Assembly (NCBI GenBank): GCA_963849325.1
Contig: CAWKHF010000007.1
Coordinates: 448,001 to 512,000 of the forward strand
Length of the DNA stretch: 64,000 nucleotides
Reading direction: 5' to 3'
Origin: an uncultured Planctomycetota bacterium
GTDB taxonomy: Bacteria > Planctomycetota > Planctomycetia > Gemmatales > Gemmataceae
Below are positions 1-10,716 of this stretch, piece after piece. Position 1 is the first letter of the stretch; each line of letters begins with the position of its first letter. The notes beneath the pieces were generated by a model. The model saw nothing but the letters and a program-made list of their open reading frames with translations, was not told the DNA's origin and did no database searches. A program made the position numbers and the translations under genes.

Positions 1-533
1 AGGACCAGTACGGCATCAACGACGTCGTGCGCATCGGCTCAATCTCCGGCCTGGTCGAGCACATTTCGCTGCGGACGACAGTGCTGCGCGATCTGGAGGG
101 CGTCGTCCATTTCATCCCGCACGGCACCATTACGACGGTCAGCAATCTGACGCACGGCTGGTCGCGGGCGCTGTTCGATGTCGGCGTCGCCTACACGGAA
201 AACATCGACCGTGTCATGCAAGTGCTTCTCGACATGGGGCGTGAGTTGCGCCAAGATCCGACGTTCGGGCCGCTCATCCTCGATGACCCGGAGATGCTGG
301 GCGTCGATGAATTGGCCGATTCGTCGGTGGTCCTCAAGTTCTTCCTCAAGACGCGGCCTTTGCAGCAATGGACGGTCAAGCGCGAGATGCTGCGGCGCAT
401 CAAGAATCGGTTCGACGAGTTGGGCATCGAGATCCCCTACCCGCAGCAGACGGTGCATCACCGCTACGGCACGCCGCCAGTGGGAGCGCCTGAGCCGGCC
501 TACGCGCCGCCGTCCGCCAAGCGGGCAGGGTGA
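1..533 (+). CDS. Mechanosensitive ion channel (MscS family), 5'-truncated
   Basis: DQYGINDVVRIGSISGLVEHISLRTTVLRDLEGVVHFIP...RFDELGIEIPYPQ, typical MscS beta and C-terminal domains. Confidence 0.9.
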   Translation, partial: DQYGINDVVRIGSISGLVEHISLRTTVLRDLEGVVHFIPHGTITTVSNLTHGWSRALFDVGVAYTENIDRVMQVLLDMGRELRQDPTFGPLILDDPEMLGVDELADSSVVLKFFLKTRPLQQWTVKREMLRRIKNRFDELGIEIPYPQQTVHHRYGTPPVGAPEPAYAPPSAKRAG

Positions 534-545
534 AACGCATTTGTC

Positions 546-595
546 TTGGCGAATGGGGGGTGCGGGCGGGACGCCCGCACCCCCCATTCGCCGAA
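546..595. repeat. Intergenic palindrome (GCGGGCGGGACGCCCGC core), REP-like or terminator
   Basis: ggcgaatggggggtgcgggcg-gga-cgcccgcaccccccattcgcc stem directly after the MscS stop. Confidence 0.75.
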
Positions 596-615
596 GTTAT
601 TCGTGGAGGTGCGTC

Positions 616-1320
616 ATGTCCGTTCGCTTGTCGCCCCTGCCGATCGCCCTGTTGCTGGCCGCGTCGGGTTGTCTCTCTGACGAGAAGCACCTGACGACCG
701 TTCCGGGCACACCGTTCGGCCAGCCGGTCCGCACGCAGGCGGCGTCGATGAAGCAAGCGCCGCCGGCCACGCAGAAGGTGGCGATGCGCGTCAGTGAGAT
801 CGGCCGCAAGGTTCTGGCCGCCAACCCGCGCATCAATCAGCAGGTGGCTTTCCTCACCCTCGGCGTCTCCCAGCCGGAGCTTTTCCACCAGGTTCAGAAG
901 GACGGCTGCGCCGTCTCCATCACCGAGGGATTGGTGAAGCAGTGTAAGAGCGACAACGAGTTGGCGGCCTTGCTGTGCGAGGAGCTGGGCAAGATGGAGG
1001 CGGAGAAGGCCGCCCGGACGAAGCCGGTGGCGAGTCTGCCGGAACGTCCGCCGCTCCTCACGCCGCGCGTCGGCAACGACATCGGCGGCTCGTTCGGTTC
1101 CGCCGACGGCACCGATCGAATGATCCTGGCTCGCTACGAGAAGGACCGGCAGCAGGCCCAACGGGCGCTGACGGCCCCGCAGCCGGACAGTCTGGCGCGT
1201 CTGTATCTGCGGAACGCCGGCTATGACGCCAAGGATCTCGATGCGGTCGCCCCCCTGCTGCGCCAGGCCGACCAGAATGACAGTGTCGAGCAGCTGATGA
1301 CCGGTAAGACGGGACAGTGA
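616..1320 (+). CDS. Lipoprotein with M48 peptidase-like domain (HExxH degenerate)
   Basis: GGAGG SD, lipobox LAASGC, ITEGLVKQCKSDNELAALLCEELG and YLRNAGYD resemble M48 motifs. Confidence 0.65.
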   Translation: MSVRLSPLPIALLLAASGCLSDEKHLTTVPGTPFGQPVRTQAASMKQAPPATQKVAMRVSEIGRKVLAANPRINQQVAFLTLGVSQPELFHQVQKDGCAVSITEGLVKQCKSDNELAALLCEELGKMEAEKAARTKPVASLPERPPLLTPRVGNDIGGSFGSADGTDRMILARYEKDRQQAQRALTAPQPDSLARLYLRNAGYDAKDLDAVAPLLRQADQNDSVEQLMTGKTGQ

Positions 1321-1346
1321 TTCACCTGCCCGCAGACGGTGTTCTC

Positions 1347-1399
1347 GTTTAGCCGCGACGCGCAGCGGAGCGCAGCTCCGCTGCGCGTCGCGGCTAAAC
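1347..1399. repeat. REP-like palindrome, family A (GTTTAGCCGCGACGCGCAGCGGAGC)
   Basis: 25-bp perfect inverted repeat; further copies at 24909 and 49846. Confidence 0.9.
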
Positions 1400-1491
1400 A
1401 GAGAGGAGCCACCCGCGACATCGCCACTTGTCCGGCCGCGCCCTCCGCATATCCTTACCTCCGTATCGTTCCCGGAAAAACGAGTTGCACC

Positions 1492-2527
1492 ATGAAATCG
1501 CGGCGTCTTCTCGGCTGGCTGACGGCCACTCTGTTGTTGGCGGCGTCGGCGGGCTGTCAACGCGGGCCGGCCAAGACCAAGGTGGCCTTCGTCAGCAACA
1601 ACCCCGAATCATTCTGGACCATCGCCGAGGCCGGTACCGAGCAAGGCCGCCGCCGAGGAGGACGTCGAGGTGCTCTTCCGCAAGCCCGCCCAGGGCGACG
1701 CCGCCCTGCAAAAAGAGCAGATCGACATCGTGCTCGGCCAGGGCATCAAGGCGCTGGCCGTCAGCGTCATCGACCCCGAGAACCAGCGCCGACTACCTCA
1801 ACGAGATCGCCGAAAAGATTCCGCTCATCACCCAGGACAACGACGCTCCGGACACTCAACGCAAGTGCTACATCGGCACCGACAACTACAAGGCCGGCAA
1901 GGCGGTCGGCCAGCTCGTCAAGGAAGCGATGCCCGACGGCGGCGACATCGCCATCTTCGTCGGCGACATCAAGCCGCTCAACGCCCGCCAGCGCCGCCAG
2001 GGCGTCCTCGACGAATTGGCCGGCGTCAAGGACGCCCCGGAGGACAAGTCCTACGGCAAATACCGCCTTATCGATACCTACACCGACCAGCCGGACGGCG
2101 CCTCGGAGTGCAAGAGGAAATGCCATCGATCTGCTCGCCACCAAGGAGATGGAGAAGGAGAAGCACATCTGCTTGGTCGGCTTGTGGGCTTACAATCCGC
2201 CGATGCTCCGCAGCGCCGTGCTCGACAAGGCCAAGGATCGGCTCGATCGCGGCGAGAGTCAAGATCGTCGGCTTCGACGAGGACACCGCCACCTTGCAGG
2301 GCATCGCCGACGGCTCGATCTACGCCACCGTCGTGCAGCAGCCGTTCGTGTTCGGCTACGAGTCGGTCAAGATGATGGCCGCCCTGGCTCGCGGCGATAG
2401 CTCGAAGCTCCCCGCCGACGGCATCCGTTACGTGCCCCATCGCGTCATCACCAAGGACGGCGGCAAGGATCGAGTGCCGGTCGAGAAATTCCGCCGCGAA
2501 CTGGAAGAAATGCTTGCCAAGAAATAA
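1492..2527 (+). CDS. Sugar ABC transporter substrate-binding lipoprotein (RbsB-like), frameshifted in this sequence
   Basis: Lipobox ASAGC, FWTIAEAG, YIGTDNYKAG, IVGFDED, VVQQPFVFGY spread over several frames. Confidence 0.85.
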
Positions 2528-2578
2528 AGACGAACGACCTCCGCAGACCTCATCCATCCCTTCACCCCCTCATCCGAC

Positions 2579-4087
<1,509 letters not shown>

Positions 4088-4091
<4 letters not shown>

Positions 4092-5042
4092 AGCGACTGC
4101 TGGGCATCTTGCTGATGGTGAGTTTGCTGTATTTCGGACTGATGCTGTCCGACGACAACGCCCGTTCGCTGGGCAACCAGCAAACCATCGCCAACCGGCT
4201 CGGCTTCTACGGCGTGCTGACGGTCGGCGTCGGCATCCTCATCATCTCCGGCGGCATCGACCTGTCGATCGGCTCGGTGGTCGGCCTCGGCGCCGTCGCC
4301 TTCGCTCTGCTGCTGGAGAAGCAAGTGTCGCCCTGGCTGGCCGCCGCGATCGTGCTGCTGGGATCGGCACTGATCGGCCTGATCCACGGCCTGCTCGTCA
4401 CGCAGCTCGGTTTGCAGCCGTTTCTCGTGACGCTGTGCGGTCTGTTCATCTATCGCGGGCTGGCGCGCTGGGCCACGAAGGTCAGTGTCGGACTCGACAT
4501 TCGCGGCGCCCCGCCGGAATTCACCGAGCGCGTCGAACAGACACGGCGGCTCCTGGTCGGCACCCACTTCGGCGTTCCCGATCAGTTGCTTCTGTTGATT
4601 GGCCTGTCGGTCGTGCTGGGGCTATTTCTGCACGGCACGCGCTACGGCCGTTATCTGTTCGCCATCGGCTCCAACGAGGACGCGGCCCGTTACGCCGGCA
4701 TCCCCACGAACCGCTACAAGGTGCTGGCCTACGTCATCTGCTCGATGCTGGCCGGGCTGGGCAGCATCCTGTACCTGCTCGACAATCGCACGGCCAACGC
4801 CACCAGCGCCGGCTCGTGGCTGGAGTTGTACGCCATCACCGGCGCCGTGCTCGGCGGGTGCAGTCTGCGCGGCGGCGAGGGCACGGTCCCCGGCATGTTC
4901 CTGGGCGCGGCCGTGCTGCCGTTGCTGCGACAGCTCTGCAGCTTCGGCGGCATTCCCAACGAGCTGGAATACGCCGTCATCGGCGCGGCCTTGCTGCTTG
5001 GGCACGATCGCCGACGAACTGCTCAAGCGCCGCGGCTCGTAG
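4088..5042 (+). CDS. Sugar ABC transporter permease (RbsC-like)
   Basis: IISGGIDLSIGS, GRYLFAIGSNEDAARYAGI, ELYAITGAVLGGCSLRGGEG. Confidence 0.9.
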
Positions 5043-5120
5043 CGCGACGGTACACTTGACCCTTCTCTCGCCTGTGCGATAATCCGAAAAGACTCGGCCA
5101 ACTCTTCGCAGAGACGGGTC

Positions 5121-7658
5121 ATGCTCAAACTGCTGACGTGCCCACAGGGCCATTACTGGGAGAAATCGATCGAGGACGGCGCCGACGGGCGGCACGATCG
5201 CTGTCCGGTGTGCGGTCACGCCGCCGAGACGATGCCGCTGCTGGACCTGGAGTCGCCGGAGGAGCGTCCCCAGCGCCGGCCGAACCGCCGCCACCGCCGC
5301 CGCTGCGGGACAAGGAAGGGCGTCCCATCATCGCCGGCTACGAGATCCTGCAAGATCTCGGCAAAGGTCCAACCGGCGTCCACCATTACCGAGCGCGGCA
5401 GGTGCTCGTCAATCGCACGGTCGTCCTCAAGGTGGTGTTCGCCGGGGAAGACCCCACCCAATTCGCCTGGGGCAGTTTACGCGGCGAGGCTGCGGCGCTG
5501 GGCCGGCTCAGCCATCCCAACATCGTGCAGGTCCTCGACGCCGGCGAACGCGAGCGCCAGTTGTTCTACAACGCTGTCGAGCACGTCGAGGGGCCGACGC
5601 TGGCCGAAGCCCAGGACGGCAAACCGCTGCCCTTGCGCCAGGCCATCGCCCTGGTCGAGACGCTGGCGCGAGCCATCCATCGCGCCCATGAAAAAAACCT
5701 GTTGCACCGCAACCTGAAACCGGCCAGCATCCTCCTCCAACGAATCGAAGACTCAAAGACGAAAGAGACCGCTCGTGTCTCTATTGCTTCGGTCCTCATT
5801 CATCAATCCTCCTTCCTCACTCTGAAGATCACGGACTTCGGGCTGGCCCGTCGGCCGGTCGAGGGCGATGCAACCGACGTGGAGCTGCAAGGCGAGCTGC
5901 CCTGCTACCTCTCTCCCGAGCAAGCCTGGGGGCGTGCCAAGGACATCGGGCCGGCCACGGACGTGTACGCGCTGGGAGCGATCCTCTTCGAGCTGATAAC
6001 CGGCCGGCCGCCGTTTCGGGCGAAAACGGCGGCTGCAAACCCTCGATGCCATTCAGTTCAAGGAGTTGGTCCCCCTGTCGCGTCTTCGCAAGCGCGTGCC
6101 GCGCGACCTCGATACCATCTGTCGCAAGTGCCTGGCCCGGCAGCCTCGTCGCCGCTACCCCAGCGCCCTGGATCTGGCCGAGGACCTGCGCCGCTTCGCC
6201 GCCGGCTATCCGATCAAGGCCCGCTCGGCCAGCAATGCCGAGCGCTTCGGCAAATGGCTGCGGCGGCACCTGCGTGGCGTCGCCCTCGTCCTGCTCAGTC
6301 TGTGGGCCGGCATCTCGTTACTGATCCTCTTCGCGTCTGGCAGCGGCAGTCCCAACTCGATGCACAACCTCCGCGAGCAGAGCTATCGTCAGGCGGTGAT
6401 GCGGCTGGAGAGCGATCTTCTCCAAGCCCGCAGAAATGCAGCTACCGCCGACTATCTCCGCTACCTGAGCCTGGCCGAGCGCGAGGTGGAGGATGGCAAC
6501 CGGGAGCGCGGCCTGGCGCTGCTCGACCGCTGCCCGGAAGAATTGCGACAATGGGAATGGTACTACCTGCGCAGCCGCTTGCAGGAGGCGGCGAAGGGCC
6601 GCATGGTTTTCGCCACTACCCTGCCGATCGCGAGCATCGACCTCAGCCGCGATGGGCAGTATCTGGCCGCCGGCGGCGCCGCGGACGCGGTCAATCCACC
6701 TCCAGGAGATAAAGGCGAGGTCGTCGTGTGGGGTCTGACGAACCGAGAACGGCTCTGGCAAGAGTCGGTCGCGGCGCCGGTGCATGGGGTGACGTTCAAC
6801 GCCGACAACTGGCACCTCGCCCTGGTCGCCGGCGAGGAAGCGCAGCAGCGACGTGCAGGTTCGCGGTACGCGAACCGGCCAGCTCTTGTTTTCCCGTCCC
6901 TATCCCGCAGGGACGTGGCTGACCGCCCTCGCTTACAGTTCCGATCAGGCCAGCTTGTTCGTCGCCGGCGGCAATGGCGTCGTGCATGCCTTGCAGGCGG
7001 CACGATGGGGACGAGCAGATGTCTGCACCAGGTCGCCTTTCGCCAGGTGTGGCCGCCCGGCCCGTATATGCGGCTGGTCCCGCTCGGCCCGGAGAACGAA
7101 CGTCTTGCCCTCATCAGTCCCGACGGCAGCCAGATTGTGGTCCTTCACGACCTGCGCGGTTGGCAGCCCCGGGAGCTGCGCGGCCGCGAGAACGCGACCA
7201 TCCTCGCCCTGGCTTACGACGAACACACCCAGACCCTGGCGGCCGCCGGCCGCGATCAGACCATTCGACTGTGGAACCTGCGTTCTCCGGGCCAGGCAAC
7301 GATCGTCCTGCGCGGCCACAAGGGCGCCGTTACCGGCGTGGCGTTCAGCAGCAACGGCAAACGCCTGGCCAGTTGCGCCGCCGACGGCACGGTCATCATT
7401 TGGGATACCGAGCAGGGACAGGAAATGCTTACGCTCCGGGGCTACGACGGGGCCACCGCCGTCGTCTTTAGCCGCGACAACGACCGACCGATCTTTTTCG
7501 GCAATGCGCCGCCCATCGACCGCTTGGCCATCGCCCACGGCAACAAGGTGACGGTGCTGGCACCGCAGCGCTTCGGCACGAGGATGGTAGTCGCGGACAG
7601 CCCGGCGCGAATTGGTACAATGATTGATCCGTTGATCCGAGACTCCCCGGAAGCGTAG
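5121..7658 (+). CDS. Zn-ribbon/Ser-Thr kinase-like/WD40 protein, probable pseudokinase; frameshifted
   Basis: [44 protein letters not shown] segment; WD repeats ([14 protein letters not shown]...VIIWD). Confidence 0.8.
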
Positions 7659-7672
7659 ACAAGGAAGCGATC

Positions 7673-8254
7673 ATGGCGGTGAAGAAGATCCTGATGCTGG
7701 TCGGCGATTACGTGGAGGATTACGAGGTCATGGTGCCCTTCCAGGCGCTGCAGATGATCGGGCACACGGTTCACGCCGTCTGTCCGGGCAAGTCCAGCGG
7801 GCAGACGGTGCGGACGGCCATCCACGATTTCGAGGGCGATCAGACCTACAGCGAGAAGCGCGGCCACAACTTCACGCTCAACGCCTCCTTCGCCGACGTG
7901 CGGCCGGAATCCTACGACGCCCTGGTCCTGCCCGGCGGCCGCTCGCCGGAGTATCTGCGCCTCAACGAGGACGTGCTGCGCATCGTGCGACACTTCGCCG
8001 AGGCGAAGAAACCGATCGCCGCCATCTGTCATGCCGCTCAGCTGCTGGCCGCCGCCGGCGTCGTCCAGGGCCGCACCTGCTCGGCCTATCCCGCCGTCGG
8101 TCCCGAGGTGAAGAGTGCCGGCGGTCGCTGGGTCGATGTCGGCTTCGACCGCGCGCACGTGGACGGCAATCTCGTCACCGCCGCCGCCTGGCCGGCCCAT
8201 CCGCAATGGCTGGCCCGCTTCCTCGACGTCCTCGGCACGCGCATCGAGCCGTGA
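7673..8254 (+). CDS. DJ-1/PfpI family protein
   Basis: [35 protein letters not shown]. Confidence 0.92.
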   Translation: MAVKKILMLVGDYVEDYEVMVPFQALQMIGHTVHAVCPGKSSGQTVRTAIHDFEGDQTYSEKRGHNFTLNASFADVRPESYDALVLPGGRSPEYLRLNEDVLRIVRHFAEAKKPIAAICHAAQLLAAAGVVQGRTCSAYPAVGPEVKSAGGRWVDVGFDRAHVDGNLVTAAAWPAHPQWLARFLDVLGTRIEP

Positions 8255-8286
8255 CGGCGTTTCCATTCCTTCCGAGAAAGGTATTC

Positions 8287-8971
8287 ATGCACATTTGTCT
8301 CTTCGACATCGACGGCACGCTGATCGCCAGCGGCGGCGCCGGCAAGGCCGCCCTGGAGGCGGCCCTGGCCGACGAGTTCGGTATCCCGCGCATCATCGAC
8401 AAGCTGGAACTGAGCGGCCGCACCGACCGCGCCATCATCGCCGACCTGTTCCGCCTGCACGTCATCGACGATACGCCGCAAAACCACGAGCGTCTGCGCG
8501 ATGCCTACCTGCGCCATCTGCCGCGCTGCCTGGCGAGGGGCACCGGCCGCGTCCTGCCCGGCATCGCCGAGTTGCTGGCCCACCTCGCCGGCCGGGACGA
8601 CGTGGCTGTCGGCCTGCTGACGGGCAACGTGCGCGCGGGGGCGAAGGTCAAGCTCGGTCACTTCGGCCTGTCATCACTATTTCGCCTTCGGCGGCTACGG
8701 CGATCATCACCTGGACCGCGATGACGTGGCCCGCGAGGCGTTGGCCGAGGTGCGGCGGCAGTTGAACGGCTCCGTCTGTCTCGAACGCATTTGGGTCGTC
8801 GGCGATACGCCGCTGGACATCCGCTGCGCCCGTTGCATCGGCGCCCGCGCCGTGGCCGTGGCGACCGGATGGCACAGCCTGGAGGAGTTGTCCGTGCATC
8901 AGCCGGACTTGCTGTTAGCCGACTTGTCCAATCACGAGCCGTTACTCGCGCAGTGGATTTCGTCGAGCTGA
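8287..8971 (+). CDS. HAD-family hydrolase, one frameshift near 8670
   Basis: LFDIDGTL, LLTGN, VVGDTPLDIRCA. Confidence 0.88.
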
Positions 8972-8979
8972 GCCGCGAG

Positions 8980-9298
8980 CGTGAACGCGCAGCGTGTTTG
9001 TCGAGGGACCGGAGTTGCCGCCAGTCGCGGACAACCCAGACCACAAGGCCGACAGCGAACACGGCATGAGCCGAGCCAATGACCCATGTACCCCACGGGC
9101 TCGCCACGCGATCAAGCAACCACGCGCATCCCCATAGCGTCAGTGGAACGACCGGGATTAGCGGAAGGATACTCACGCCACCTCGTTGCCCTTCGGGTAT
9201 GCGACGACGTGAATCCTCAACTGCGCCCGGGCCGCCGCTGCGACGATCCACAAACACCAGACTGCGAAGACGACCAGCAGCAGAACCCACGATGGCAT
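8980..9298 (-). CDS. Small hypothetical membrane protein (cassette-like), frameshifted, 3' end uncertain
   Basis: ATG 9298 after purine-rich SD; MPSWVLLLVVFAVWCLWIV joined to GVSILPLIPVVPLTLWGCAWLL..WVVRDWRQL. Confidence 0.45.
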
Positions 9299-9340
9299 CG
9301 GCCCTTCTCTTCGACGAGCTACTGTTTCGGCACAAGCACT

Positions 9341-9634
9341 TCAATAACGCCAGGTTGCCCTCCGCCCATCCGTCTCAATGTGCAAGAGGAACTCGGTGAT
9401 CGGCTCGCGGCCGTCGAGCGGCTCCAACCGCAACCCTTGGGCCAACTCATCCCAGACGACGCCCCACTCGTCCCGGTCGGCGTCAAGCAATTCCCGCTCG
9501 CGGTTGAATAGCGAGCGAACGACCTCGAACCCGTCGGCTGGTTCGAAGGTGCCATGCCACCATGGCCAGTCGCTGCCGGTACGGGTTAGAGTACCCAGGA
9601 GGACATTGCCCCGATGTACCCGGTAATCCGGCAC
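9341..9634 (-). CDS. Small hypothetical protein (cassette-like), ~97 aa
   Basis: AAGGAGGG SD then GTG at 9634; MPDYRVHRGNVLLG...DWPWWHGTF...EFLLHIETDGRRATWRY. Confidence 0.7.
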   Translation of the reverse strand: MPDYRVHRGNVLLGTLTRTGSDWPWWHGTFEPADGFEVVRSLFNRERELLDADRDEWGVVWDELAQGLRLEPLDGREPITEFLLHIETDGRRATWRY

Positions 9635-9648
9635 GAGTTCCCTCCTTC

Positions 9649-9745
9649 GACGAACGACACAGTTCAGCGACAGGGCAGGCGAGAAAGACGTTGAACCTCG
9701 AAAAGCCGCAAGGCTCGCTTTGTCTGCTGCAACGGCCGGTTCGGC
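9649..9745 (-). mobile_element. Integron attC-like recombination site
   Basis: Minus strand: GCCGAAC-CGGCC-GTTGCAGC...GCTGAAC-TGTGTC-GTTCGTC; R boxes pair and L boxes pair with one extra G. Confidence 0.7.
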
Positions 9746-9799
9746 GGCTACTTCTCTTTCCATCGCCTGCCAGCAGAAACCGTAGTAGTGCCTAAACAT

Positions 9800-10345
9800 T
9801 CATTCGATTGGCCGGTTTGCCCCAGCGACTCGTCCGGCTGGAACTAAGGCTTTGGCAATTACACTCTCAACAAGATACCTCATATCAGAGAAAAAGAACG
9901 CACCCCACATCGCCGTCTTCCGGTAGTAATATACCGCTCTGGCTTTGAAGTCCACCACCACCGGGAACTCGAAAATCGCCCAATGTTTCCTTGGGCGGCT
10001 CTCCACATACCGAATCAAGCCCTCGTCCGCGTGCCTGACCGCCAAGCAAGGTATCACCATGTAGCCGAACTGTAAGCCGCGAAGGAGTGGGACGCGGTTC
10101 CCTTTCTTGCCATAGCGGAAACCCACATCGAACAGATCCTCCGCGTCGGCCCTGGTCGCCGACTCCATGCTGCGGACAAGAATGTGTCGGGATAGGAGGA
10201 CCAACCCTTTCCAGGAGAAGTAGGTTCGAGACCCGATGAGATCCACCTTGGGGCCTCCCTGCACCTTCACCTGCCGCGAGGCACGCAGGCCCTGCGCATG
10301 AAGCTGACCTTCCACCAATGCGAGGAACTCGGACAATTCGTCCAC
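9800..10345 (-). CDS. Hypothetical protein (cassette-like, lower GC)
   Basis: Uninterrupted ORF, GAGGTGA SD before GTG 10345, composition visibly more AT-rich than flanks. Confidence 0.7.
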   Translation of the reverse strand: MDELSEFLALVEGQLHAQGLRASRQVKVQGGPKVDLIGSRTYFSWKGLVLLSRHILVRSMESATRADAEDLFDVGFRYGKKGNRVPLLRGLQFGYMVIPCLAVRHADEGLIRYVESRPRKHWAIFEFPVVVDFKARAVYYYRKTAMWGAFFFSDMRYLVESVIAKALVPAGRVAGANRPIE

Positions 10346-10380
10346 GGCCGTCACCTCAATGATGCCGAGCACCCAAGCTC

Positions 10381-10520
10381 CGTGGGTCTATAAGAATGGG
10401 GATGCCTCGATTGTGGTTATTGTGGTATCAGGGACGATCACTGGTCCAAGTGCAGAAGTCATCCCCATGAAGAGCAAATCATACCGTGCCATCGATGTCA
10501 ATCAGATTCACCTGGATCGC
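10381..10520 (+). mobile_element. Possible truncated IS110-family left end and transposase N-terminal stub
   Basis: ATG 10467 MKSKSYRAIDVNQI resembles (from recall) planctomycete IS110 N-termini; leader closed by ATGGGGATG/CATCCCCAT inverted repeat. Confidence 0.4.
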
Positions 10521-10615
10521 TCTACGGCAGAACGGCTGTCGTTCCTGTGGAATATATTTTCTCTTGACACCAAGAGCCTTAGGAGTGTTAGGCTACAGCA
10601 AAGGCGGAGCATCTG

Positions 10616-10711
10616 TCGGAGCCCGCAGCGTCAGCGAGGAAACGCCCCTCGCTGCGGCTGCGGGCCTCGACAAGTCCGGGGAATGTCCCTCGCTGACGCT
10701 GCGGGCTCCGA
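10616..10711. repeat. REP-like palindrome cluster, family B (CGGAGCCCGCAGCGTCAGCGAGG), three arms
   Basis: Arm 10616-10639 with inverted copies at 10647-10670 (degenerate) and 10688-10711. Confidence 0.85.
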
Positions 10712-10716
10712 GAACC

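Noticed and set aside
10564-10594. TTGACA...TAGGCT promoter upstream of the second kinase
   Set aside because: Spacer is 19 nt and the -10 is weak; not supportable without transcript data.
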